Position numbers and translations under genes: made by a program
In this document: positions 6,941-15,595 of the stretch, one piece after another
Layout: each line of letters begins with the position of its first letter
Position numbering within the stretch: position 1 is the stretch's first letter
The notes under the pieces: generated by a model
Databases searched by the model: none
What the model saw: the letters and a program-made list of their open reading frames with translations, nothing else
Told to the model about the DNA's origin: nothing
Origin: Candidatus Baldrarchaeota archaeon
GTDB lineage: Archaea; Asgardarchaeota; Baldrarchaeia; Baldrarchaeales; DXJG01
Reading direction: 5' to 3'
DNA: 32,000 nucleotides
NCBI GenBank assembly: GCA_019056805.1
Contig: DXJG01000002.1
Location: 553,103-585,102 of the forward strand

Positions 6941-8542
6941 GTGTTGGATGTGGATAGCGTTTTTAGGGAGTTTATTCATTCTGCTGCTAGAATTTTAGAT
7001 GTTACCGTTCCTCGTAGGATTCCTAGGGTTTGCTTGGACAATTTTGATGTTGATTTGAATAGTAGGTGGTTTGGTGTTCGTAGGGAGGGAGATACTATTT
7101 TTGTTTCTCGTAAGTTGGTTGATGCAGGTTTGTTGAGGGGTGTTTTAGCTAGAGAGGCTTTTCGCCTTTTTATACCTAGGTGCTTGGAAAAGGTTGAGGA
7201 AGCTGGTGATTTAGCCTGGGAGTTTGCTAGGATGCAATTACATGGCAATGAGGAGAAACTTTGGGTTTCCACATGGTTTAAGGTGAGTCCTCAGGTTTCT
7301 GTCAAGAATGTTGTTTATTTTGCTCCTTTTGGTTTCCCTATTTTTGAGAGGCTGTCTGGAGGACGTTTTCTTGGTGAAGTTTTTAAGATTTTTTATCAGT
7401 TGGATCACTACCAGTATGTTCTAAGTTTTGAGGAGTATGTTGAGATTTTAGAAGAATTTATGTCTAATTTTCCCTATGTTTTGGATAAGTTTGAGGTGGA
7501 TGTTCTTCGAGTTTTTTTGAATAATCCTGGTTTGTCTAGACAGGAGTTGGCTGAGAGGGTTGGTAGGGATATTTCTAAGGTTTCTAGAGTTTTTTCTCGT
7601 TTAAAATCTCTTTACGTGTTACGTAGTTACTCCAGGATTTTTCTCCCTAAGATTGGTTTAAGGACATTTGTCTTGGTTTTCCAACCTAAGTTTGAGTTTG
7701 GAGACTATGTTTTAGAGGTTTTATATAAATGTCCTTTTCTTTTTAGTGTTTTAGAGATTGTTGATGATGGTATGCCTTTTATAGCGTTTTTTACGGCGCC
7801 TTCGAGTTTTGAGAGAGTGTTAGAAAATTTTTGCGAACAACTTTTGAAGTATAAGTTTGTTGTTTCCGCTGAGTGGTTTTTAGGGTTTGAGAGGTATAAG
7901 CATTATAATTTTGGTTTTTATGTCCCAAATGTTGGTTGGAGGATTGAATGGGAGGCTTGGGCTCTTTGGTTTAAGAAGGTTTTGTTGGAAGGTAAATATT
8001 ATGAGGTTTTGGGTGTTGAGGGTCCCATTTCTGAGGATGTTGAAGCTGAGAAATTTGATAGGATTGATTTGAGAATTTTAAACTATGTGTGGGATTGTAG
8101 GGTTGCTGATGTTCGTAGTGTTAGGAAGGCTTTAAGGATTAATATGAATGAGGCTGCTAGAAGGCTTAAAGATTTGAGGGCTCGAGGGGTCATTATTAGC
8201 GGGGCCGATGCTTCTAATATTGGTTTATGTGAAATGGTTATTTTTATGGCTGAGATGGATGAGGAAGTTTATCGTGCTTTTATTGCTGCTTTAGATGATT
8301 TACCTCTACATTTTACCTATAGGCTTCGCGGCAAGGGCACAGAGGTTATTTTGAGTGCAATCTTTCTTCCTGAGGGTGGGGGTATTTGGTTTGCTAGGGT
8401 TTTGAAAAAATATTTTGGTAGGCCTTTTAATGCGTGGTTTGGTCGTTATGTTTCTGGTGTAACTTTTAAGCTTCCTTTGGAGCTTTACGATTATAGAAGA
8501 GGTAGGTGGAAGATTCCAGCCGATGTTTTAAGTTTTGATTGA
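6941..8542 (+). CDS. Large tandem Lrp/AsnC-like regulator: degenerate zincin-like N-terminus + (wHTH + ferredoxin-like) x2
   Basis: HTH1 LDKFEVDVLRVFLNNPGLSRQELAERVGRDISKVSRVFSRL; HTH2 FDRIDLRILNYVW...VRKALRINMNEAARRLKDLRARGVI; GTG start behind GGGGGA. Confidence 0.8.
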   Translation: MLDVDSVFREFIHSAARILDVTVPRRIPRVCLDNFDVDLNSRWFGVRREGDTIFVSRKLVDAGLLRGVLAREAFRLFIPRCLEKVEEAGDLAWEFARMQLHGNEEKLWVSTWFKVSPQVSVKNVVYFAPFGFPIFERLSGGRFLGEVFKIFYQLDHYQYVLSFEEYVEILEEFMSNFPYVLDKFEVDVLRVFLNNPGLSRQELAERVGRDISKVSRVFSRLKSLYVLRSYSRIFLPKIGLRTFVLVFQPKFEFGDYVLEVLYKCPFLFSVLEIVDDGMPFIAFFTAPSSFERVLENFCEQLLKYKFVVSAEWFLGFERYKHYNFGFYVPNVGWRIEWEAWALWFKKVLLEGKYYEVLGVEGPISEDVEAEKFDRIDLRILNYVWDCRVADVRSVRKALRINMNEAARRLKDLRARGVIISGADASNIGLCEMVIFMAEMDEEVYRAFIAALDDLPLHFTYRLRGKGTEVILSAIFLPEGGGIWFARVLKKYFGRPFNAWFGRYVSGVTFKLPLELYDYRRGRWKIPADVLSFD

Positions 8543-8787
8543 AGAATGATGGAAGGGAGAGAGTTGGAGGGTTGGGGATGAAAATGACATAGTGAAGTCT
8601 GTTTCTTATGTTGTTGTATGTTTTGTTTTGATGTTTGGTTTATTTCTGTTTTGTTAATTTGTTTAGAAAGAAGATAAACTGCATTTTGATAAGAAGTAAT
8701 TTTTGGATTTTCGCCAGAAAATTAGTGGCCTTTATGAAATTCAAGATGGCATAAAAGTTATATTGTTTAATTTGGTTTGTTTGTCAC

Positions 8788-9387
8788 ATGAAGTTTGGTA
8801 GAATTGTAGCGTTATGTGGTATTCTTGGGCCTGTGATTGCTTATTTAGCTATTGCCTTGGCGATTCATTTTTCACCTTGGTTTGATTGGAGTGGAAATGC
8901 TTTAAGCGACTTGGGGACTGGTGAGGCTGGATTTATCTTCAATTTAGGGCTTATAGCTGCAGGACTTGTTCTCATTCCTTTCGCCCTATTTCTTGAGAGA
9001 TTTTTCTCGCATTCACGTTTGGGAAGAAGTGGAGCTATTATTTTCTTACTAGCTGTGGTTTCCTTGGCGTTAATTGGAGTTTTTCCAGAGATGGAGCCTT
9101 TTTTAGCGGTTCATGTTCTTGTTTCGCTTCTTTTCTTCAGCTTAACAGCTGTATCATCTATTATAATTGGATACACCCTGCTTAAGGAAAATCGTAGGGA
9201 GCTTGGATGGATTGCAATAGCTGCTGGTATCGTTATTATTGGTTGTCATATCATTATTTTGCCCATAGTATTTTGGACGTATCCAACAAGTGCGGTGGCT
9301 ATACCTGAACTGGTAGCAGCGGTTTCAGCAACCATTTGGGTGGTCATTTTTTCCTTAAAAATTTTAATAAAAGGCTCACTGGAATAG
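8788..9387 (+). CDS. DUF998-family membrane protein
   Basis: PWFDWSGNALSDLG and FNLGLI motifs with 5 hydrophobic helices. Confidence 0.8.
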   Translation: MKFGRIVALCGILGPVIAYLAIALAIHFSPWFDWSGNALSDLGTGEAGFIFNLGLIAAGLVLIPFALFLERFFSHSRLGRSGAIIFLLAVVSLALIGVFPEMEPFLAVHVLVSLLFFSLTAVSSIIIGYTLLKENRRELGWIAIAAGIVIIGCHIIILPIVFWTYPTSAVAIPELVAAVSATIWVVIFSLKILIKGSLE

Positions 9388-9483
9388 ATTTCAACCCCGC
9401 TTTAAGAAAATTTTAACAGTTTGAACTTCTAAGTTTCTATTAGAAATTTAAGTTTAATTTGATGACTAGAGGGAATCTGAGAA

Positions 9484-10146
9484 ATGTCAGTTTCCGTGTT
9501 TATGAAAATTCTTGAATCATCACCCAGTAGATATGATATGGGTATTCGTATTCTTACTTTTGGGATGGATATGGAGGTTAAAAAGAAAATTGTTTCTGAA
9601 TATATTTCGGAAGGAGATCATGTTCTTGACATTGGTGTGGGCACTGGGACATTAGCAGTTCTCTGCGCCCAGAAAGGGGCATATGTTTTTGGTTTTGATA
9701 TTTCTTCGAAGATGCTTGAGATAGCACGTAAGAAAGTTAAATCCGCAGGGCTTGAAGAAAAGGTTCACTTGGAAGAAATGAGTGTCGTGGAAATGGATAC
9801 TCATTTAAAAGAAAATTCATTTGATGTTGTAGTTGCGGCTCTTGTTTTTAGCGAGCTTTCAGAAACTGAGCAGATTTTTACGCTTAAGCAGTGTTATAGG
9901 GTTTTAAAACCAAATGGTCGATTAATAATTGAGGATGAGGTGAAGCCTAAAAGTTTAAGGAAGAAAATTGCCTATTATATTGTTCACCTTCCACTTGCGC
10001 TCATTACTTATATTATTTCTCAATCGTTAACGAAACCTGTAAAAGGAATCGAAAAAAAGCTGAGTGAAGCGGGATTTGAGATAGAGTCGTGTTTTAAATT
10101 CTTTTATGATTCTTTAATATTAATTGTTGCAAGGAAAGTGGTGTAA
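9484..10146 (+). CDS. Class I SAM-dependent methyltransferase (corrinoid protein-associated, CpaM-like)
   Basis: VLDIGVGTG motif I, GFDISSKML, FDVVV; N-terminal FMKILESSPSRYDMGIRILT; stop directly abuts the start of the HgcAB-like gene. Confidence 0.85.
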   Translation: MSVSVFMKILESSPSRYDMGIRILTFGMDMEVKKKIVSEYISEGDHVLDIGVGTGTLAVLCAQKGAYVFGFDISSKMLEIARKKVKSAGLEEKVHLEEMSVVEMDTHLKENSFDVVVAALVFSELSETEQIFTLKQCYRVLKPNGRLIIEDEVKPKSLRKKIAYYIVHLPLALITYIISQSLTKPVKGIEKKLSEAGFEIESCFKFFYDSLILIVARKVV

Positions 10147-11256
10147 ATGACAAGGCTTCGGGGAGTATTTACATATCTGGTCGAGTTTATTTTTAGATGG
10201 GTTAAAGTACCGGTGGAACCGGGATTAATAGAATTTGGTCACCCAGATGAAAATAGTCCAGTTTTTCTGACATGTAATTATGATTTAACTGTTAGAAGGG
10301 TAAGTAAATATTTGAAAAATCTTGATTGCTATCTTTTAGTTGCACCTACTAAAGGAATTAATGTCTGGTGTGCATCTTGTGGCGGAGATTTTAATGCTCA
10401 CTCGGTAATTTCTGTCATAAAGACTACCGGGATTAGCGATAAGGTGAAGCATCGTACAATAATAGCCCCTCAATTAAGTGCACCAGGTATCGATGTAGAA
10501 AAGGTTAGGGAGGAAACTGGTTGGAATATTCGTTTTGGCCCCGTGTACGCTAAATATATTCCAGAATATGTGAAAAACGGTTTCAGGAAAACTGAGGATA
10601 TGCGTAAAGTTAAGTTTACTGTTAGAGATAGGCTTGAAATGGCTTCAATATACTTTTTTACTATGGTATCTATCTTAGTTCCAATTCTTTTTGCTTTAGC
10701 TCTGTTGTTTCCTAAAATGGTTCCAATTTCGATGCCATGGTGGATATTACAAATGATATTATTTGCTGGAATTATGGTCTACAGCATGTATCTCATACTT
10801 CCTAGTATGCCTGTGAAGTCAGGATTACTGAAAGTTATGATAGGTGAAATAATTTTCCTCGTTATTATCGCCTTGTATTCTTGGATAACTACAAAAAACC
10901 TTTTCAGCTATTCTCATTTCATGTTACTATCTATTCTTGTGTCATTAATACTTACTATAGACTTTAATGGGACCACACCTACGCAAAAGAGTGGTTTAGG
11001 AGAATTTTTATATAAACGTGGTGCAAAGAAAATGACTTTCCTCACAGGAGTCTACGAGTTGGCTCCATATGGAAACATAACTATGGATGAAGAGAAGTGT
11101 ATAGGTTGTGGTATATGTATTGAGGTTTGCCCAAAAAATGTATATCAAATGGTTCCAAGCAAGAATAAAGTTCAGTTGGCTCAACCAGAAGCTTGCGTTA
11201 ACTGTCATGCATGCGAGAGGCAATGTCCTGTGAAATGTCTAGAAATAAAACTATAA
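10147..11256 (+). CDS. HgcAB-like fusion: CdhD-type corrinoid-binding domain + TM helices + 2[4Fe-4S] ferredoxin
   Basis: EPGL...GHPDENSPVFLTCNYDLT, GINVWCASCGG cap helix, PQLSAPG, GPVYA, ~4 TM helices, CIGCGICIEVCP and CVNCHACERQCP. Confidence 0.9.
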   Translation: MTRLRGVFTYLVEFIFRWVKVPVEPGLIEFGHPDENSPVFLTCNYDLTVRRVSKYLKNLDCYLLVAPTKGINVWCASCGGDFNAHSVISVIKTTGISDKVKHRTIIAPQLSAPGIDVEKVREETGWNIRFGPVYAKYIPEYVKNGFRKTEDMRKVKFTVRDRLEMASIYFFTMVSILVPILFALALLFPKMVPISMPWWILQMILFAGIMVYSMYLILPSMPVKSGLLKVMIGEIIFLVIIALYSWITTKNLFSYSHFMLLSILVSLILTIDFNGTTPTQKSGLGEFLYKRGAKKMTFLTGVYELAPYGNITMDEEKCIGCGICIEVCPKNVYQMVPSKNKVQLAQPEACVNCHACERQCPVKCLEIKL

Positions 11257-11293
11257 ACGATAATTCATTAGATTATTATATAAAGAGAGAAGT

Positions 11294-12937
11294 TCATATG
11301 AGTTCTATTGTGCTGGGTGGTTTTGTAGTTATTTCATAACCAACATATTTGATATCTTTGTGTTGCATTGCTATTTCTGCTATTTTCTCAAGATCTTTTC
11401 TAGGCACATTCGCTGGGGTTGCAGTCATAAAGTCTTTTGTCAACACAGCCCTAATAATTAAAGCATCACCTTTGCCATAGGACCCAGCTATTTTGAGTGC
11501 AACACGAGTGATCTCTGAATATCTGCTTGTTAAATGACTTTGTAGCTTTAATAAATTGAAATATGAAGCATCTGCTTTAATGCTTAAGATTTTCCCAAAT
11601 ACTCTGCTATCACCTTTTACACCAATTGTTTGCACATCAAAGAGAAAACCATCTTTTATGAGATGGCCTTTATTTGGTATTAGAGTAGCAAAATACTGGG
11701 AAAAATTATATTTTCCGAGGGTTTTGCTTACCATGTCAGTGATTTCTTTTAGGGTTTTTAGGCGTTGCTGGGTTATTTTGCCTAGAATTCGAATTGCTAG
11801 CCCAGGTCCAGGGAAAGGTTGACGATTCACAATGTAATCGGGTAATCCTAGTTCTTTCGCTAATATGCGGACTTGATATTTGAAGAGGGGGCGAAGAGGT
11901 TCTACAACTTGCATGCCTAGTTTTTCTGGTAGGCCTCCAACATTATGATGTAACTTTATGAATCCTGGTCCAGAGACATCGTCACCTCGAGTTGATTCAA
12001 TTACATCGGGTGCAATTGTTCCTTGAATTAGATATTTTGCGTTGATTTTCCTTGCTTCTTTTTCGAATAATTCTATGAATAGTTTTCCAATAATTCTTCT
12101 TCTTTCATCAGGGTCTAAAACATCTTTTACTGCTTCGAAGAATATTTTGGAGGCGTCGATATAAGTGATGTCGAAGAGATCTGTTGTTTTTATCCACTCA
12201 TCTTCATATCTCATGAAGCCGTGGTCTATGTAAACTATGTGTACATCTATACCTGCTTTTTGAGCAAGAGCGGCACATGTGGTTGAGTCTACTCCTCCAG
12301 ATAAACCTAGGATCGCTGGTCCCTTAACTGTGCTTTGTAATTCATGGATTATTTGGTCTAGGTAGTGCTTTACATCCCATTTTTTAGGTTCTTCACCACA
12401 TATTTTGAAAGCGAAATTTTTGAATATAAGATCACCATTTACGGTATGAGAGACTTCAGGGTGAAACTGTACCCCATAAATGTTATCTCTTACGCGAAAT
12501 GCTGCAATTTTACAGTTGTCGGTGGAGCCTATTATCTCTCCATTTGGTATTGAGAAAACTTCGTCGCGATGACTCATCCAAACGATTTCTTCTTTCCCTA
12601 AACCCTCAAAAAGAACGTCGCTTTTCGGGTAAAATAAGGTGAATCCAAATTCAGGAGTTCCTCTTTTTACCTCTCCACCTAGAAGATAAGCAATTAGCTG
12701 ATGACCGTAACAAATTCCTAGAATAGGAATTTTTAAATCAAAAATTCTTTTATCAATTCTTTTAGCTTTTTCCTCATATACAGAATATGGACCACCACTT
12801 AGAATTATTCCCTTCAGGTTTGAAACATTTTTTAGTTCTTCAAATGTTTTTACACTGATGGATTCTACACCAAGTTCTGCTAAACGATTCTTTATAACGC
12901 TAACGTATTGACCGTGAAAGTCTATTATTGCTATCAT
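11294..12937 (-). CDS. guaA: GMP synthase (glutamine-hydrolysing), fused GATase + ATPPase
   Basis: GICYGHQ and FHPE triad; SGGVDST PP-loop; QGTIAPDVIES, HHNVGGLP, RQPFPGPGLAIRI, ITTKPPSTIE. Confidence 0.95.
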   Translation of the reverse strand: MIAIIDFHGQYVSVIKNRLAELGVESISVKTFEELKNVSNLKGIILSGGPYSVYEEKAKRIDKRIFDLKIPILGICYGHQLIAYLLGGEVKRGTPEFGFTLFYPKSDVLFEGLGKEEIVWMSHRDEVFSIPNGEIIGSTDNCKIAAFRVRDNIYGVQFHPEVSHTVNGDLIFKNFAFKICGEEPKKWDVKHYLDQIIHELQSTVKGPAILGLSGGVDSTTCAALAQKAGIDVHIVYIDHGFMRYEDEWIKTTDLFDITYIDASKIFFEAVKDVLDPDERRRIIGKLFIELFEKEARKINAKYLIQGTIAPDVIESTRGDDVSGPGFIKLHHNVGGLPEKLGMQVVEPLRPLFKYQVRILAKELGLPDYIVNRQPFPGPGLAIRILGKITQQRLKTLKEITDMVSKTLGKYNFSQYFATLIPNKGHLIKDGFLFDVQTIGVKGDSRVFGKILSIKADASYFNLLKLQSHLTSRYSEITRVALKIAGSYGKGDALIIRAVLTKDFMTATPANVPRKDLEKIAEIAMQHKDIKYVGYEITTKPPSTIELI

Positions 12938-13092
12938 TCTGATCCCTGGAAGCCGCTTAGGTTTAACCTTATTTAACCTGAATTGGTTAAAAGTTTAGTG
13001 GTTTAGGTTCTACATTCTCAGCTGACTCCTCAACAGGTTTTATGCTTTTTTCTCTAGAGGTTCCTATGTAATTCTTTTAAGTCGGATATATC

Positions 13093-13115
13093 TATCATGT
13101 AATTTATACATGATA
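13093..13115. promoter_or_regulatory. Perfect 9-bp palindrome, candidate operator
   Basis: TATCATGTA-ATTTA-TACATGATA in the guaA/asnA divergent intergenic region. Confidence 0.55.
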
Positions 13116-13150
13116 TTATAGGATAAATTGGTAATATTTATAATTTTTAC

Positions 13151-13170
13151 AATTTTTTATGCAAAAAATT
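13151..13170. promoter_or_regulatory. AT-rich 8-bp palindrome, candidate operator
   Basis: AATTTTTT-ATGC-AAAAAATT, ~30 nt upstream of the asnA start. Confidence 0.35.
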
Positions 13171-13201
13171 TAAGGTAAGAATAGCTTAATTCAAGCCCTT
13201 A

Positions 13202-14218
13202 GTGAGAAAAATGACAGAAACTGTACACCTGAAAAAACTAGATCTAAGTTCTCCAAACATTTTACCCAAGAGTTACATAGCAATAAGGCATCCACGGATG
13301 AAAAAGGTACTTAAAATACAAGCTACTATATGCATGGCTGCAAGAGAATATCTTAACTCACTTGGCTTCATAGAACTTCTTCCTCCAATAATAGGTCCAG
13401 TTACAGATCCAGGCATTAGAGGCGCTAAACAAGTGACCTTTGATTTCTATGGACGCGAATACAAGGTAATGAGTAGTGCAATATTGTATAAGCAAATGGC
13501 TATGGCTTCTCTTGACAAAATATATTTCTTCTCTCCAAACATAAGGCTTGAACCTTTAGATTCAGCTAAAACTGGCAGACATCTTGTAGAATTTGTACAA
13601 ATAGATATCGAACAAGCATATGCAAACTATTTTGATGCAATGGAAATTGCAGAAGGACTATTAACATACGTAGTTAAAAAAGTGTTAAAGGAACATGAAG
13701 AAGACTTAAAGGATTTAGGTAGAGAGCTTAAGGTACCAAGAAGACCGTTCAAAAAGTTAACGCATAGAGAAGCTGTTGATATATTGAGATCTCATGGCAT
13801 AAAAGCAAGTTATGAACATGAGATACCTTGGGAAGCTGAAAAAGAACTTTCATTCATGTTTGAGGATCCTTTCTTCATATATGACTATCCGCGTGGCGCT
13901 AGAGGATTTTATGATCGTGAAGATCCTAAAAGACCTGGCATTCTCAGGGATTTCGATATGCTTTATCCAGAAGGCTACGGGGAGGCTGTCTCAGGAGCTG
14001 AAAGAGAATATAGAGCGGAGAAGGTTATTGAGAGGATGAGAGCTACTGGTGAGAACCCTGCAAAATACGGTTGGTACATTGAAATGTTGAAATATGGTAT
14101 TCCGCCGAGTGCAGGGTTTGGAATAGGGGTAGAGAGGCTTACAAGGTACATTTGTGGATTGAAAGCCGTTTGGGAAGCTAGACCGTATCCTAAGGTAGCT
14201 GGAATATATTCACCCTAA
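13202..14218 (+). CDS. asnA: Archaeal asparagine synthetase A (AsnRS-like catalytic core without anticodon domain)
   Basis: Class II aaRS motifs (FSPNIRLE...RHLVEFVQIDIE, GEAVSGAERE, PPSAGFGIGVERL); no N-terminal OB domain. Start may be ATG 13211. Confidence 0.9.
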   Translation: MRKMTETVHLKKLDLSSPNILPKSYIAIRHPRMKKVLKIQATICMAAREYLNSLGFIELLPPIIGPVTDPGIRGAKQVTFDFYGREYKVMSSAILYKQMAMASLDKIYFFSPNIRLEPLDSAKTGRHLVEFVQIDIEQAYANYFDAMEIAEGLLTYVVKKVLKEHEEDLKDLGRELKVPRRPFKKLTHREAVDILRSHGIKASYEHEIPWEAEKELSFMFEDPFFIYDYPRGARGFYDREDPKRPGILRDFDMLYPEGYGEAVSGAEREYRAEKVIERMRATGENPAKYGWYIEMLKYGIPPSAGFGIGVERLTRYICGLKAVWEARPYPKVAGIYSP

Positions 14219-14230
14219 GGAGGCATTTTT

Positions 14231-15595
14231 ATGCCTTTTAGACTTCTTAGAGGCGGTTGTCCCTATTGTGATCTCTGTTGTACATGTGAAATAGCTAGAA
14301 AAGCTGTTTATGGAAGAGATGCATTATATCCCTTTCTTCCTTCAAAGGAGTTTGGTGATGTTCAAGCAGGCGGAGAAATATTTTTTGAGGGTTATACTCG
14401 CTTCTATAATTTGGATCATGTGGTGCTTCTTCCATGTTTATTTTTGCCCGATAGATTGAGTAAATCCGTTGAACTTGGCAGAGAACCGTTGTTTATAGAT
14501 GTTGACACCGAGACTACGCTGGGTGGTTTTAAAGTTAAGGTACCTCTTGTTGTAGCCGCAATGGGGTCAACAGATGTAGCTAATAAAAGAGGATTAGTGT
14601 TAAGTGAGGGTAGTGCTAAAGCAGGAATAATACAAGTTATAGGTGAAAATGTTATCAATATGAGAGGTTACGACAAAAGGATTAGTAGTCAACCTTGTCT
14701 TAAAGAGAGAATTTTAAAGTATTTGGAAAATGTTGATAGCGACTATGGGGGAGTATTGATACAGCAGAATGTTGAAGATGCAAATGCTGAACTATGGAAT
14801 AAGGTGTATTCTGATAAGGATTTAGATGAGTATATAGAGCGTGGTTTAATAGGTTTTGAAATAAAGGCTGGTCAAGGTGCGAAGCCAGGGCTTGACGGCG
14901 AGGTCAAAGTGAATAGAGAATTAGCATTAAAGCTTAAAAATAAGTTCTTCTTCCCAGATGATCCAGAGAAGGTAAAAAAAGAATTATATGAGCGTCATTC
15001 GGTTCCTGGAACATTTACAAAGGAAATTTTAAAAGATATGATAAAACTTGCAAAAAACAATTATCCACGGGTTAAGCTATGGTTGAAATTGGGACCATAT
15101 GCAGATTTAGATGAGATTATAGGGGTTGCATCTAAGGCAGGAATAGATTGCATAACTATAGATGGGTCAGAAGGTGGAACAGGTATGAGCCCTATAGCTG
15201 CGATGAGAGAACTAGGATATCCAACGCTAGTATGTCTCAAAAAGATTACAGATGCTAAAAGTCGTGGAATTAAAACAAGTATGATTATAGCGGGCAGATT
15301 ATTTGAGGGAGGTCACCTGGTAAAGAGTTTATGTCTAGGTGCAGATGGCGTAGCTATGGGTAGACCATTTATTATTGCAAGTGAAGGGCGTTTTGGTCCA
15401 GCAAACAAACCAGTAAAGAAGCTTGGCAATCAAGTAGATGGTGTAGTGAATTTCGTTGAAGCTATAAAAGTTGAAGCGCAAATGCTTGCCTCGGCTCTTG
15501 GAAAATATTCTTTGGAGGATTTGTCTAAGGGTAATGTTGGTGCTTTAGAAAAAGTGGTAGCAGATATGTTCAACATACAATATGTTTATGAATGA
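14231..15595 (+). CDS. FMN-binding glutamate synthase family protein (GltB domain 2-like)
   Basis: AAMGS, FEIKAGQGAKPG, ITIDGSEGGTG, SLCLGADGVAMGRPF; Cys-rich N-terminus CPYCDLCCTCE. Confidence 0.85.
   Translation: MPFRLLRGGCPYCDLCCTCEIARKAVYGRDALYPFLPSKEFGDVQAGGEIFFEGYTRFYNLDHVVLLPCLFLPDRLSKSVELGREPLFIDVDTETTLGGFKVKVPLVVAAMGSTDVANKRGLVLSEGSAKAGIIQVIGENVINMRGYDKRISSQPCLKERILKYLENVDSDYGGVLIQQNVEDANAELWNKVYSDKDLDEYIERGLIGFEIKAGQGAKPGLDGEVKVNRELALKLKNKFFFPDDPEKVKKELYERHSVPGTFTKEILKDMIKLAKNNYPRVKLWLKLGPYADLDEIIGVASKAGIDCITIDGSEGGTGMSPIAAMRELGYPTLVCLKKITDAKSRGIKTSMIIAGRLFEGGHLVKSLCLGADGVAMGRPFIIASEGRFGPANKPVKKLGNQVDGVVNFVEAIKVEAQMLASALGKYSLEDLSKGNVGALEKVVADMFNIQYVYE

Noticed and set aside
8592-8657. 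21-codon hydrophobic ORF (VKSVSYVVVCFVLMFGLFLFC) after the regulator
   Set aside because: Arises from T/G-rich sequence; no convincing SD and no mature region.
9460-9480. TGATGA-N11-CTGA half C/D-box pattern
   Set aside because: No upstream C box/D' unit; it contains the GAGGGA SD of the methyltransferase.
10147-11256. Calling this gene hgcA / mercury methylation
   Set aside because: The cap helix is NVWCASCGG rather than N(V/I)WCA(A/G)GK, the gene is fused, and the HgcB Cys tail is absent.
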